A stretch of DNA of 64,000 bases, from assembly GCA_900316675.1 (NCBI GenBank), contig ONDR01000020.1, forward strand, positions 1,559 to 65,558. The letters are read 5' to 3'. The notes under the pieces are model-generated. The model was not told the DNA's origin and made no database searches. It worked only from the letters and a program-made list of their open reading frames with translations. This document shows positions 37,378-46,175 of this stretch, in pieces. The stretch comes from an uncultured Bacteroidales bacterium (lineage in GTDB: Bacteria; Bacteroidota; Bacteroidia; Bacteroidales; UBA932). Made by a program: the position numbers and the translations under genes. Numbering within the stretch: the first letter of the stretch is position 1; each line of letters opens with the position of its first letter.

Positions 37378-38730
37378 ATGGCAAAGTATTTCAACAGAAT
37401 TATTACTGGACTGCTCACAGTAGCAGTCATGTCCCTGACCTTCCAATCTTGTTTGAAAGATCAGGAGGACGTATTTGACGATTCTGCTGCAGCACGTCTT
37501 ACCAAGACCCTGCAGGAGGCTCAGAAAGTACTCGTTGGCGCTGAGTACGGCTGGAGAATGTACTATTATCCGGATCCGGACAAGAGCTACGGTGGTTATG
37601 TTTACACTCTTAAGTTCACCAACGATAAGGTTACCGTTTACAGCGAGATCTTTGACGGCGCAGCCGAGTCTCTTTACAAGATGACCCGCGACGACGGTCC
37701 GGTTCTCTCCTTCGATACCTTCAACCAGAATATGCACTACTTCGCTACTCCTTCAGGCTCCATGAGGAACCTCTACGGGGAAAGCGGCAGGTATCAGGCA
37801 TACAAGGGTGACTTCGAGTTCGTTATCTATAAGGCTACCGCTCAGGAGGTTATCCTGAAGGGCAAGCGTACCAGAAACGTTATCAAGATGTATCCTCTTT
37901 CTGCTGACGAAGACGCAGAACAGGTTACTCTTGACGTTTACGAGAACGCATCTTCAGTATATTGCTCTCAGTTTGTAGGCAGCATTGGTGGTAAGAATGT
38001 TCTTACTTACCTTGACCTTGACAACCGTTGGGTAGCATTCTACGAGGTTAACGGCGAGGAAGTTGGTGACCTTATTGACGAGGCTCCTTTCGCTTACACC
38101 GAGACCGGTCTTCTCCTTTACAATCCCGTAGAGGTAGGTTCAGAGAATATTGAAACCATCGGTTGGATTGCAGACCAGGGAAGTATCTCTATCGGCGGCA
38201 ACGTCATCAAGGGACAGCTTCCTGCAGGATGGCATCCTTACGAGGACTTCATCGGTACTTATACCCTTAACTATCAGTGGGAGCTTGATCCTGAAAAGGA
38301 CGGTACCAAGAATTTGGAGGGTATTACCGTTGAGGCTGACGTAGAGGGTAAGTCTTACATTGTAAAGGGTCTTAGCGACGCATTCGATGTTCCTGCTACT
38401 TACAGCCTTGCTTCCGGTCAGATGTCCATCCTTGCACAGGTTGTTGGTAACAACGGTACCTATGACGTATTCATGTGCGCCTGGGATTCCAACGCAGGTT
38501 ACATTACTTGGAATACCGCAATTGGTATGAGCGCAGTCTTCGATAGCGATGAGAGCAAAGAAGTAATGAACTGGCACGACAACGGCGTATGGGGTTCATA
38601 CAATGTTGAGTCCTTCCGTCTGTATTACTTCAGCGGCAGCACCCGCGTAAGCGGCTCATCCGATCCTTGGTTGTTCAAGAACAACTCTACCTACATTTGG
38701 GGTTGGAAGAAGATGACCCGTCAGAACTAA
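37378..38730 (+). CDS. DUF4302-family lipoprotein
   Basis: Lipobox FQSC; DVFDDSAAARL, GWRMYYYP, GPVLSFDTFN, GDFEF, LKGKR. Confidence 0.82.
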   Translation: MAKYFNRIITGLLTVAVMSLTFQSCLKDQEDVFDDSAAARLTKTLQEAQKVLVGAEYGWRMYYYPDPDKSYGGYVYTLKFTNDKVTVYSEIFDGAAESLYKMTRDDGPVLSFDTFNQNMHYFATPSGSMRNLYGESGRYQAYKGDFEFVIYKATAQEVILKGKRTRNVIKMYPLSADEDAEQVTLDVYENASSVYCSQFVGSIGGKNVLTYLDLDNRWVAFYEVNGEEVGDLIDEAPFAYTETGLLLYNPVEVGSENIETIGWIADQGSISIGGNVIKGQLPAGWHPYEDFIGTYTLNYQWELDPEKDGTKNLEGITVEADVEGKSYIVKGLSDAFDVPATYSLASGQMSILAQVVGNNGTYDVFMCAWDSNAGYITWNTAIGMSAVFDSDESKEVMNWHDNGVWGSYNVESFRLYYFSGSTRVSGSSDPWLFKNNSTYIWGWKKMTRQN

Positions 38731-38742
38731 ATTGATTAGCTT

Positions 38743-40764
38743 ATGAAAAAGATTTATAATTTATTCGTAGTTCTCGCAGCCGTGATGCTTATCGCGGCCT
38801 GCGGGAAGGAGAGCAATCCTTATCAGGAGCCTGATAAAACCATCGAGGTAGTTGCTACCGACGTTGTTTTTGGTCCCGAAGGTGGTAACGGTGAAGTTGA
38901 GTTCACCGCTTCAGGCACCGTAGGCGTCGTTTCCAACAGGGATTGGTGTACTGCTTCTGTAGCCGGCACTAAGGTTAATGTTACTGTTACCGAGTGGGAA
39001 GGCGTAGAGACCCGTTATGCTATCCTTACCCTCAAGTGCGGTGCTTACAGCGTGGATGTTACCGTTCAGCAGAATGGTACTATCCTTGGCGGTCTTACCG
39101 GTGCAGAGATTGTTGCAGACAGCAAGGGTACAACCCAGGTATTCGAGGTTAAGGTCAGCGGAAGTGTTACTACATCAAGTGCTGTTGATTGGGCAAGTGT
39201 TTCTTATGTTGACGGTGTTGTTACCGTAACTGTAGATGCCAATGCGGACCCTTTTACAAGATTTGGTGAGGTTACCGTTGCTGCAGGTGAGAACTCTCAC
39301 TCCATCTCAATCAAGCAGTATCCTGAATTCAAGACTACTGCATCTTGGACCCTTTCCTATGAAGGTCGTGCCAGAAGCTCATCAGGCACTCTTTATGAGG
39401 TTATTGCCAATGAGGTCGAGGCAGGCAGCAGTGAGGGACTTTACTTCCTTATGATGTCTTCAGAGGCTGCTTACAAGGCATCCAAGATCAAGAAGCTTGA
39501 CGACTTCATCGCTACTGTAGCTGCAGAGGCCGAGGAAGAGATCGCTTACCTTGTAGAATACTATGCATTGTTCGGTTACGAGGTTACTCCTGCCGACTTT
39601 ATGTACGAGGATTCAGACTATGATTTCTTCGCTATCCAGGAGCCTGGCAAGTACTATGCAGTTGCCGCTGGTTATGACGAGGATGGTTATCCTACCGGTC
39701 TGTACTCTTACAGCGAGTTCGAGGTTATCGAGGTTAAGAATGCTGAAGGTTGGAATGCAGAGTATGCCGGACCTTATGTATCTGGTTCAACAGTTTATGA
39801 TATGGTTGATTTCACCGCTGGTGACGAGGATTCATACTATGTTGTTGTAATGAATGAGGCAGACTATGAAAAGTATTATTACAGCGATGTTACCAATCTT
39901 ATCAACGACTATGTTCCTTACATTATCGAAAACAAGCCCGCTTTGCGTAAAGGCCCGAAAACCCTTTACTTCAATAAGTTCGGTAACGGAAACTGGCATA
40001 CCTTCATGATCGGCTTTGACGAAGAGTACAATCCTACCGAAAAGTACTTCGTGGGTTCATTCAAGATTGACGAGAAACCTACCGAGGCTTACAAGGCATG
40101 GCTCGGAGATTGGCAGATAACCACTCCTCGCGTTCAGAACGAAGTTGCGAACTACGATGTCTGGACAATCGAGCAGGGCCTGGTTAACAGCTCTTATTTT
40201 GTAAACAACTTTGGTGGTCACCCTACTTCATTCGGATGGACTGTGACTTTGAACTTCAATGCTACAACGAACGAGATTTCCTGCGATAATGGACAGGTTG
40301 TAGGTCCCGACGGTACTTCCAGCGGAGCTACCTACACTCCTACCCTCCTTGCTAAGGTTCTCATCGGAACTTCCAACTATCGTTTCACCGGTACGTTCAC
40401 CGTATTCACCGGTGTCATCAATTCTGACGGTGACATCGAGCTTACTCCCGGTACCGTTAACTATCAGGGCGCTAAGCAGACCATCACCGGTGTACAGCTC
40501 TATGGCATAAAGTCCAGCGGTGCTTCTTACTGGAGGACAGAGACTCCGCTGCCCAACGTCCTGAAACCTTACGAGGGCGACAGCGCTCCCAAGAAAGCAA
40601 ATGCATATCTTAACTTGAATGCATTTACTGAGAGCTACGAGCCTGCAGCGGAAATGCCTTACCTTATGGAGGCACCTGTCGTAGAAGTTGCTGAAGCAGC
40701 ATCTAAGGCCGTTGCAACCAAGCGTCTGGCAGTTAAGGCTGACAAGCAGTACAGAAGGAAGTAA
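38743..40764 (+). CDS. BACON-domain surface lipoprotein with an internally duplicated acidic domain
   Basis: Lipobox IAAC; two BACON-like units (DWCTAS...VTVQQ; DWASVS...ISIKQ); two similar segments ending GYDEDGYPTG and GFDEEYNPTE. Confidence 0.72.
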   Translation: MKKIYNLFVVLAAVMLIAACGKESNPYQEPDKTIEVVATDVVFGPEGGNGEVEFTASGTVGVVSNRDWCTASVAGTKVNVTVTEWEGVETRYAILTLKCGAYSVDVTVQQNGTILGGLTGAEIVADSKGTTQVFEVKVSGSVTTSSAVDWASVSYVDGVVTVTVDANADPFTRFGEVTVAAGENSHSISIKQYPEFKTTASWTLSYEGRARSSSGTLYEVIANEVEAGSSEGLYFLMMSSEAAYKASKIKKLDDFIATVAAEAEEEIAYLVEYYALFGYEVTPADFMYEDSDYDFFAIQEPGKYYAVAAGYDEDGYPTGLYSYSEFEVIEVKNAEGWNAEYAGPYVSGSTVYDMVDFTAGDEDSYYVVVMNEADYEKYYYSDVTNLINDYVPYIIENKPALRKGPKTLYFNKFGNGNWHTFMIGFDEEYNPTEKYFVGSFKIDEKPTEAYKAWLGDWQITTPRVQNEVANYDVWTIEQGLVNSSYFVNNFGGHPTSFGWTVTLNFNATTNEISCDNGQVVGPDGTSSGATYTPTLLAKVLIGTSNYRFTGTFTVFTGVINSDGDIELTPGTVNYQGAKQTITGVQLYGIKSSGASYWRTETPLPNVLKPYEGDSAPKKANAYLNLNAFTESYEPAAEMPYLMEAPVVEVAEAASKAVATKRLAVKADKQYRRK

Positions 40765-40787
40765 TTCCAATTGTTACTATACAAATT

Positions 40788-40819
40788 GAGACCGACCCAA
40801 ATGGGCCGGTCTCTTTTTT
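40788..40819 (+). terminator. Intrinsic terminator
   Basis: GAGACCGACCC-AAAT-GGGCCGGTCTC plus T-tract. Confidence 0.85.
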
Positions 40820-40837
40820 ATATCACTTAAAAAAGGA

Positions 40838-41287
40838 TTATTCGTGATCCAGATAAATATCTACAGAAGGAACAAGAGTATTACTTGAACGGTCCCTGCA
40901 AAGGCTTATGTGCCAGGCGGAGTGAACAATTGCCGGAGAACCGCTGTCTTTCATGTCTTTCTTAACGGCCTTTACCCAATCGTTGAAAGCATCAATCCTC
41001 TCGTTAAAATAAGCGATTGCTTCATTGTCTTTGGTATCAACATCCGCCTTGGAATAAGAAGTGCCGAAGTTTACGCGCCATGTGATGATTGTGGCAGCTT
41101 TCCAGGCCTTGAGGTTTTCCTCTATCATCGTCTTGTAATGGTCGCCTTCGTCGTTATTGGTGATGACGTTCTCTGAGCCGGTCTGAAGGATATAATATAT
41201 AGCCTCGTAGTTCTTTTCGCTTTTACTGCAGCCGGGCATAGCAAGTAGTGCAAGTGCGGCAGCAAGCCCAATAAAAAGTCTCTTCAT
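40838..41287 (-). CDS. Hypothetical lipoprotein
   Basis: Basic/hydrophobic signal with lipobox (MPGC); no family recognised. Confidence 0.65.
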   Translation of the reverse strand: MKRLFIGLAAALALLAMPGCSKSEKNYEAIYYILQTGSENVITNNDEGDHYKTMIEENLKAWKAATIITWRVNFGTSYSKADVDTKDNEAIAYFNERIDAFNDWVKAVKKDMKDSGSPAIVHSAWHISLCRDRSSNTLVPSVDIYLDHE

Positions 41288-41406
41288 GTTAAATATTATT
41301 TAATTCTCAATGGTGCAAATATGCTAACAATTTGTCAAAAATAATAATAATTAGTAAATTTGTAAACTTACGAAACTAAGAAAAACTTAAAAAACCAGCA
41401 TAAATA

Positions 41407-42339
41407 ATGCGTACACCTAAACTTTTTCTGGCCGCATTTGCGGCCTTGACCATTGGCGCTGTAGCCGCCAAAGCACAAGGAGAAGATGCCTTTCCGTTTG
41501 TTCGTGCAGACGTTAATCCGGTAACCGTGGGCAAAGCCTTCGCCGGAAGCGCCAACACAGAAAGCATCGCCTTTGGTGCATTCAACAATTCCGCTGTTAT
41601 TCCATTCTTCGGCAATACCTTTGATGTAGCAGCATCGTTCCAGTCATGGGCACCGGATGGGGCAAAAACTACTAAAATCAGTGCCGGAGCCGGATATAGA
41701 ATCAATAACCGCATCGGCGTAGCCCTTGCATTCTCTTCTTTGTCAGGAGAGAGTTATGATATCTATAACGATGCCGGCGTAGAAACCGGATCCTTCACTC
41801 CCAAGTCCATGATGCTTGCTGCAGGTTTGGGCTTCGCCCTTACAGAGCAGTTAAGTGCGGGCCTCAATTTCAAGTATGCCCGTCAGGAAGCCGCAAAAGC
41901 AGATGTCATTGACGCCTTTGGCGGAGACCTCATGCTTTACTACAAACCCGCTCCCGGCTTTGGCCTCACTGCCGGAGTGGCATCATTGTTCGCCAACATC
42001 AAAGATGACATGGGCAATTCTTACAAGCTCCCTGCATCTGCCCGTCTTGCCGGCGATTACACTTATTTAAAAGACGACAATGCGTTTACCGCAGACGTAG
42101 ATCTTGACTACTTCTTCAGTGGTAATTTCTGCGCAGCAGCAGGTGCCCAGTATGGCTACAAGGACATGATCTTCGTCCGTGCCGGTTACCATTATGGCCC
42201 GGAAAAAGCCGTGCTTCCTTCTTTCGCTTCTGTAGGTTGCGGCGTCAAATTCAGCGGCGTCAGGATTGACTTTGCCTATCTTACCGCAAACAAAGACCTG
42301 GGCAACACTATTACTGTAGGACTTGGATACACTTTCTAG
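41407..42339 (+). CDS. PorV-like (T9SS shuttle family) outer-membrane beta-barrel
   Basis: Signal peptide; FPFVRADVNPVTVGKAFAG...AFNNSA N-terminus, alternating beta strands, terminal GYTF. Confidence 0.72.
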   Translation: MRTPKLFLAAFAALTIGAVAAKAQGEDAFPFVRADVNPVTVGKAFAGSANTESIAFGAFNNSAVIPFFGNTFDVAASFQSWAPDGAKTTKISAGAGYRINNRIGVALAFSSLSGESYDIYNDAGVETGSFTPKSMMLAAGLGFALTEQLSAGLNFKYARQEAAKADVIDAFGGDLMLYYKPAPGFGLTAGVASLFANIKDDMGNSYKLPASARLAGDYTYLKDDNAFTADVDLDYFFSGNFCAAAGAQYGYKDMIFVRAGYHYGPEKAVLPSFASVGCGVKFSGVRIDFAYLTANKDLGNTITVGLGYTF

Positions 42340-42340
42340 T

Positions 42341-44677
42341 ATGAAAAAGACTTTTATATTCGCTGCCATTGCAGCATTCGCAATATTCTCTTGCAGCAGA
42401 AAAGAGATTACAGAAGAAACCGTCGTACCTGAAGACCAGCCCAAGGCAGAGACCAGGGCCGGAGTCTCCAGATACCAGAAGGGACGTGCCGTCGTCACCT
42501 TTGACGACAACATGCTGTCCCTTATAGAAGAAGACCTTAAGGACGGCAAACTTGCCACCAAGTCTTCCAGCCTGAATTCAGCCATGAAGGCCCTTGGTGT
42601 AACATCTTACCACCGCGTATTCCCGGATGCCGGCGAATACGAAGAGCGTACCCGCCGCGAAGGCATGCATCGCTTCTACATGGTCACCTTCGACCAGGAA
42701 ACACAGGTTACCAAGGCTCTTGACGAGCTTGAGGCCGTTCCCGGCGTCCTCAAGGCCGAAGGCGTATTGAAGGCAAAGCGCCGCGCTGCTGTTAACGATA
42801 CTCACTACGGCAAGCAGTGGCATTTAAAGAACTCCGGCGGCGCAAGTTATCTTAAGGCCGGTGCTGACATCAACGTAGAAGAGGTTTGGAAGAACTATAC
42901 CACCGGTAACGAGAACGTAATTGTTTCCGTAGTGGACGGTGGTGTGGCCCTTAACCATACAGACCTTGCAGACAACGCTATTGCTGCAGGCTCCAATGGC
43001 AGCAAGAACTTTGTAAAGAATAACTACAATATCGAAGTTGACGACCACGGAACCCATGTTGCCGGAACCATCGCTGCCATTACCAACAATGGCAAGGGTG
43101 TTGCCGGAGTTGCCGGCGGCGACTACGCCAACGGCGTAAAGGGCTGCAAAGTCATGTCCTGCGAGATCTTCAACGACGACGAGTACGACGACAACAACGG
43201 TTCTGACGAAACCATCTCCAACGCAATCAAGTGGGGAGCAGACCATGGCGCCCTTATCTCACAGAACAGTTGGGGCTATTATGCCGATGTCGATGACAAC
43301 GGATACATCTCCAATAAGGAATATAATGACCTTAAAAGTTTGGTAGTACCTTCCATCCTGACGGCTGCTATTGAGTATTTTAACAAGTATGCAGGCTGCG
43401 ACAATGCAGGCAACCAGAAAGCCGGTTCAATGATGAAGGGTGGTGTGGTAATCTTTGCCGCTGGTAACGAGAACATTGACATCGATCCTATTTGCATGCA
43501 GTGCGATGTTGTTGCCGTTGGTGCATTCGGTCCTACCGGCAAGAAGGCCAGCTATTCCAACTATGGAAGCTGGGTTGATATTGCCGGTCCGGGCGGTGAT
43601 TCCGATATCAACTACAGTAGTTCTTCTACTATCTACAGCCTTGCTCCCAGCAACAAGTATGCGTACATGGAGGGAACTTCAATGGCATGCCCTCATATAT
43701 CAGGTGTAGCTGCGCTCATCGTATCCAAATTCGGAGGCCAGGGCTTTACCCGCGAGGCTCTTATCAATCGTTTGATTGCCGGTGCGGATGATACATACTT
43801 CGGTGCCTCCAGCACTATCGGACCTAAGGTCGATGCTCTTGGCTCTATGAAGCTTGGTGGTGAGAATCATGCTCCGACAATTGCTGTTGATGCTTCTGCT
43901 CCCACTTCATTCAAGTCTTGGGAGACTGTTAAGATTGCATTGACTGTTACTGACGAAGACGGCGACAAATGCACCGTTTCCGCTTCCAATGCCAGCGGTG
44001 CAGAGTCCATCCTTGAAGAGAAGGGTGCTTTCTGGCTTGTTATCAATGCCCTTAATGCAGAGCCCGGCACTTATACCACTACGCTTACCGCAACAGATAC
44101 TTTTGGTGCTACCGGTACGGTAGATTTCGCCTACACCATCCAGCCTAACCAGGCTCCTGTCGTTGTAAAGCCTTTTGCCAATATTATCAGCGGCGCTGTT
44201 GGCCAGATCTTCAACTTTGACATTACCGCTTACTTCAACGATCCCGATGGGGAGCCGCTGACCTATAAATTCAATCTGAACGACAACCAGATTGCCCATT
44301 GCAATGTAAGCAACAATATGCTTTACGTTACTTCCCTTGACTTTGGCAGCACAGAGATTGAGGTCAGCGCAAAGGATGCCCGTGGCCTTACCGCTACTTC
44401 CAAGTTCATTCTGCTTGTAAGGGATGGCGACAGCAATGGTATCGATGCATATCCTAATCCTGTTATTAACAACCTTTATATCAGGACGGGAGAGAATGAG
44501 GAGTCTACAGAGGTTAGGCTTGTTTCTGAAACTGGTTCAGTTGTCTATAACAAGACCTCTGTTTTCAGCGCCTTCAATCCTCTTCATATCGATATGTCTG
44601 CGTGCGCGCCCGGTGTTTATAAGCTCACCGTTAAATTCGGCTGCAATACCTACAAGAAGACTATCACAAAGAGATAA
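42341..44677 (+). CDS. S8 subtilisin-like serine protease lipoprotein with Ig-like repeats and a T9SS type-A CTD
   Basis: Lipobox IFSC; catalytic VVDGG, HGTHVAGTI, GTSMACP; C-terminal AYPNPV...GVYKLTVK...KKTITKR. Confidence 0.9.
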   Translation: MKKTFIFAAIAAFAIFSCSRKEITEETVVPEDQPKAETRAGVSRYQKGRAVVTFDDNMLSLIEEDLKDGKLATKSSSLNSAMKALGVTSYHRVFPDAGEYEERTRREGMHRFYMVTFDQETQVTKALDELEAVPGVLKAEGVLKAKRRAAVNDTHYGKQWHLKNSGGASYLKAGADINVEEVWKNYTTGNENVIVSVVDGGVALNHTDLADNAIAAGSNGSKNFVKNNYNIEVDDHGTHVAGTIAAITNNGKGVAGVAGGDYANGVKGCKVMSCEIFNDDEYDDNNGSDETISNAIKWGADHGALISQNSWGYYADVDDNGYISNKEYNDLKSLVVPSILTAAIEYFNKYAGCDNAGNQKAGSMMKGGVVIFAAGNENIDIDPICMQCDVVAVGAFGPTGKKASYSNYGSWVDIAGPGGDSDINYSSSSTIYSLAPSNKYAYMEGTSMACPHISGVAALIVSKFGGQGFTREALINRLIAGADDTYFGASSTIGPKVDALGSMKLGGENHAPTIAVDASAPTSFKSWETVKIALTVTDEDGDKCTVSASNASGAESILEEKGAFWLVINALNAEPGTYTTTLTATDTFGATGTVDFAYTIQPNQAPVVVKPFANIISGAVGQIFNFDITAYFNDPDGEPLTYKFNLNDNQIAHCNVSNNMLYVTSLDFGSTEIEVSAKDARGLTATSKFILLVRDGDSNGIDAYPNPVINNLYIRTGENEESTEVRLVSETGSVVYNKTSVFSAFNPLHIDMSACAPGVYKLTVKFGCNTYKKTITKR

Positions 44678-44686
44678 AATAACTCC

Positions 44687-44780
44687 CAGAAGACCCATCA
44701 GTTTCAGGACCCCCTTGTCACCTTTCGGTGACGTTCCCCCTAGCCGGGGGTGGCACGACCTCGAAACTGATGGGTCTTCT
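44687..44780. repeat. 94-bp element with a perfect 19-bp terminal inverted repeat (REP/MITE-like; probable bidirectional terminator)
   Basis: CAGAAGACCCATCAGTTTC (44687-705) and GAAACTGATGGGTCTTCTG (44762-80), with internal hairpins GTCACC-TTTC-GGTGAC and CCCC-CTAGCC-GGGG. Confidence 0.8.
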
Positions 44781-44814
44781 GTATATAATAGATAACAATC
44801 TGTTGTATAATAGT

Positions 44815-46170
44815 TTACAGCTTGTTCTGCTTAAGAGCCTCTATGTAGCGGTCGATACGATGCAACTCGCGGGGAATGTCGATGCTCTGGGGACAGTGAG
44901 AAAGGCAGGAGCCGCAACCAATGCAATAATCAGCCTGACGCAAAGTAGGAATAGCCTTGTCATAGCTTAACAGGTATTCCTTGCGAAGCTTATTGTAATT
45001 AGCCTGCTCTTTGTTCTGAGCCACCGTACCGGCATTGACATGCTTGTTGTAATGAGCAAAAATCTCCGGAATATCGATGCCGAAGGGGCAAGGCATGCAG
45101 TAGTTGCAGTGAGTGCAGTTTACGGTAGGATAGGTGGCCATAATGCCCGCCATATCCTTGACGAACTCGATCTCTTCCGGAGTCAGAGGCTTGAAGCCCA
45201 TGAAAGTCTTAAGGTTGTCCTCAAGATGCTCCCGGTATGTCATACCGCTTAGTATGGTCAGGATCCTGGGATAACTGCCCACAAAGCGGAAAGCCCAGCT
45301 TGCAACCGTCTTGTCCGGCTCGCGCTCTTTGAACTGGCGGGTCACGTTCTCTGGTACGCTGGCAAGGCGGCCGCCAAGCAGCGGCTCCATAACTACGATT
45401 GGAATCTCGCGTTTATCCAGACAGTCGTACAGATAGTCCGCATTAACGTTACGAACGCCGTCGGCATGCTGCCAGTCCATGTAGTTCATCTCTATCTGGA
45501 CAAAGTCGAAGTGATATTTGTCCTGAAGGGCAATCATTTGGTCGAATTCCGGCTGGCTGCCATGGAAAGAGAAGCCAAGCTGGCGGATGCGTCCGGCCTC
45601 GCGCTCTTTAAGGACGAAGTCCATCATACCGTTATCCTCGTAGCGCTTCTTGAAGGCCTCGTAGCCGCCGCGGCCGATGGAATGCATCAGATAGTAGTCA
45701 AAATAATCTGTCTGCATCTGCTCGAAGGAGTCATGATACATCTTCTCCGATGCCTCCTTGGTGAAAACCCTGAAGTTGGACAGTTTGGTGGCAATGTAGT
45801 AGGAATTCCTTGGATGGCGCGCAAGCGCGATTCCGGTGGCCTTTTCTGACTGGCCCTGAAGGTAGGCGGGCGATGTGTCAAAGTAGTTGACTCCGGCCTC
45901 GATTGCGCGGTCCACAAGCTCGTTTACGCTATCCTGGTTGATGATATCCTTGCCGTCCTGGTCCTTAATCATCTGCCAGCGCATGCAGCCGTAGCCAAGC
46001 AGGGAAACCTTGTCTCCGTTGCCGGTATTTGTGCGGTATTCCATCTTGCCTTCGCCCTGGGGCTCGGCGTTGGAAGCCTTGGTGTTGTTTGCTCCGCAGG
46101 CGGCGGCACCCATGGCAACTGCTCCGGTGCCGGCCATTTTAAGGAAATCTCTTCTGTTTATGTCTTTCAT
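44815..46170 (-). CDS. Aldo/keto reductase with a twin-arginine signal and C-terminal 4Fe-4S dicluster
   Basis: NRRDFLK; SLLGYGCMR, NYFDTSPAY, YYIATKL, MEPLLGG; CTHCNYCMPCP and CIGCGSCLSHCP. Confidence 0.9.
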   Translation of the reverse strand: MKDINRRDFLKMAGTGAVAMGAAACGANNTKASNAEPQGEGKMEYRTNTGNGDKVSLLGYGCMRWQMIKDQDGKDIINQDSVNELVDRAIEAGVNYFDTSPAYLQGQSEKATGIALARHPRNSYYIATKLSNFRVFTKEASEKMYHDSFEQMQTDYFDYYLMHSIGRGGYEAFKKRYEDNGMMDFVLKEREAGRIRQLGFSFHGSQPEFDQMIALQDKYHFDFVQIEMNYMDWQHADGVRNVNADYLYDCLDKREIPIVVMEPLLGGRLASVPENVTRQFKEREPDKTVASWAFRFVGSYPRILTILSGMTYREHLEDNLKTFMGFKPLTPEEIEFVKDMAGIMATYPTVNCTHCNYCMPCPFGIDIPEIFAHYNKHVNAGTVAQNKEQANYNKLRKEYLLSYDKAIPTLRQADYCIGCGSCLSHCPQSIDIPRELHRIDRYIEALKQNKL

Positions 46171-46175
46171 GGCTG

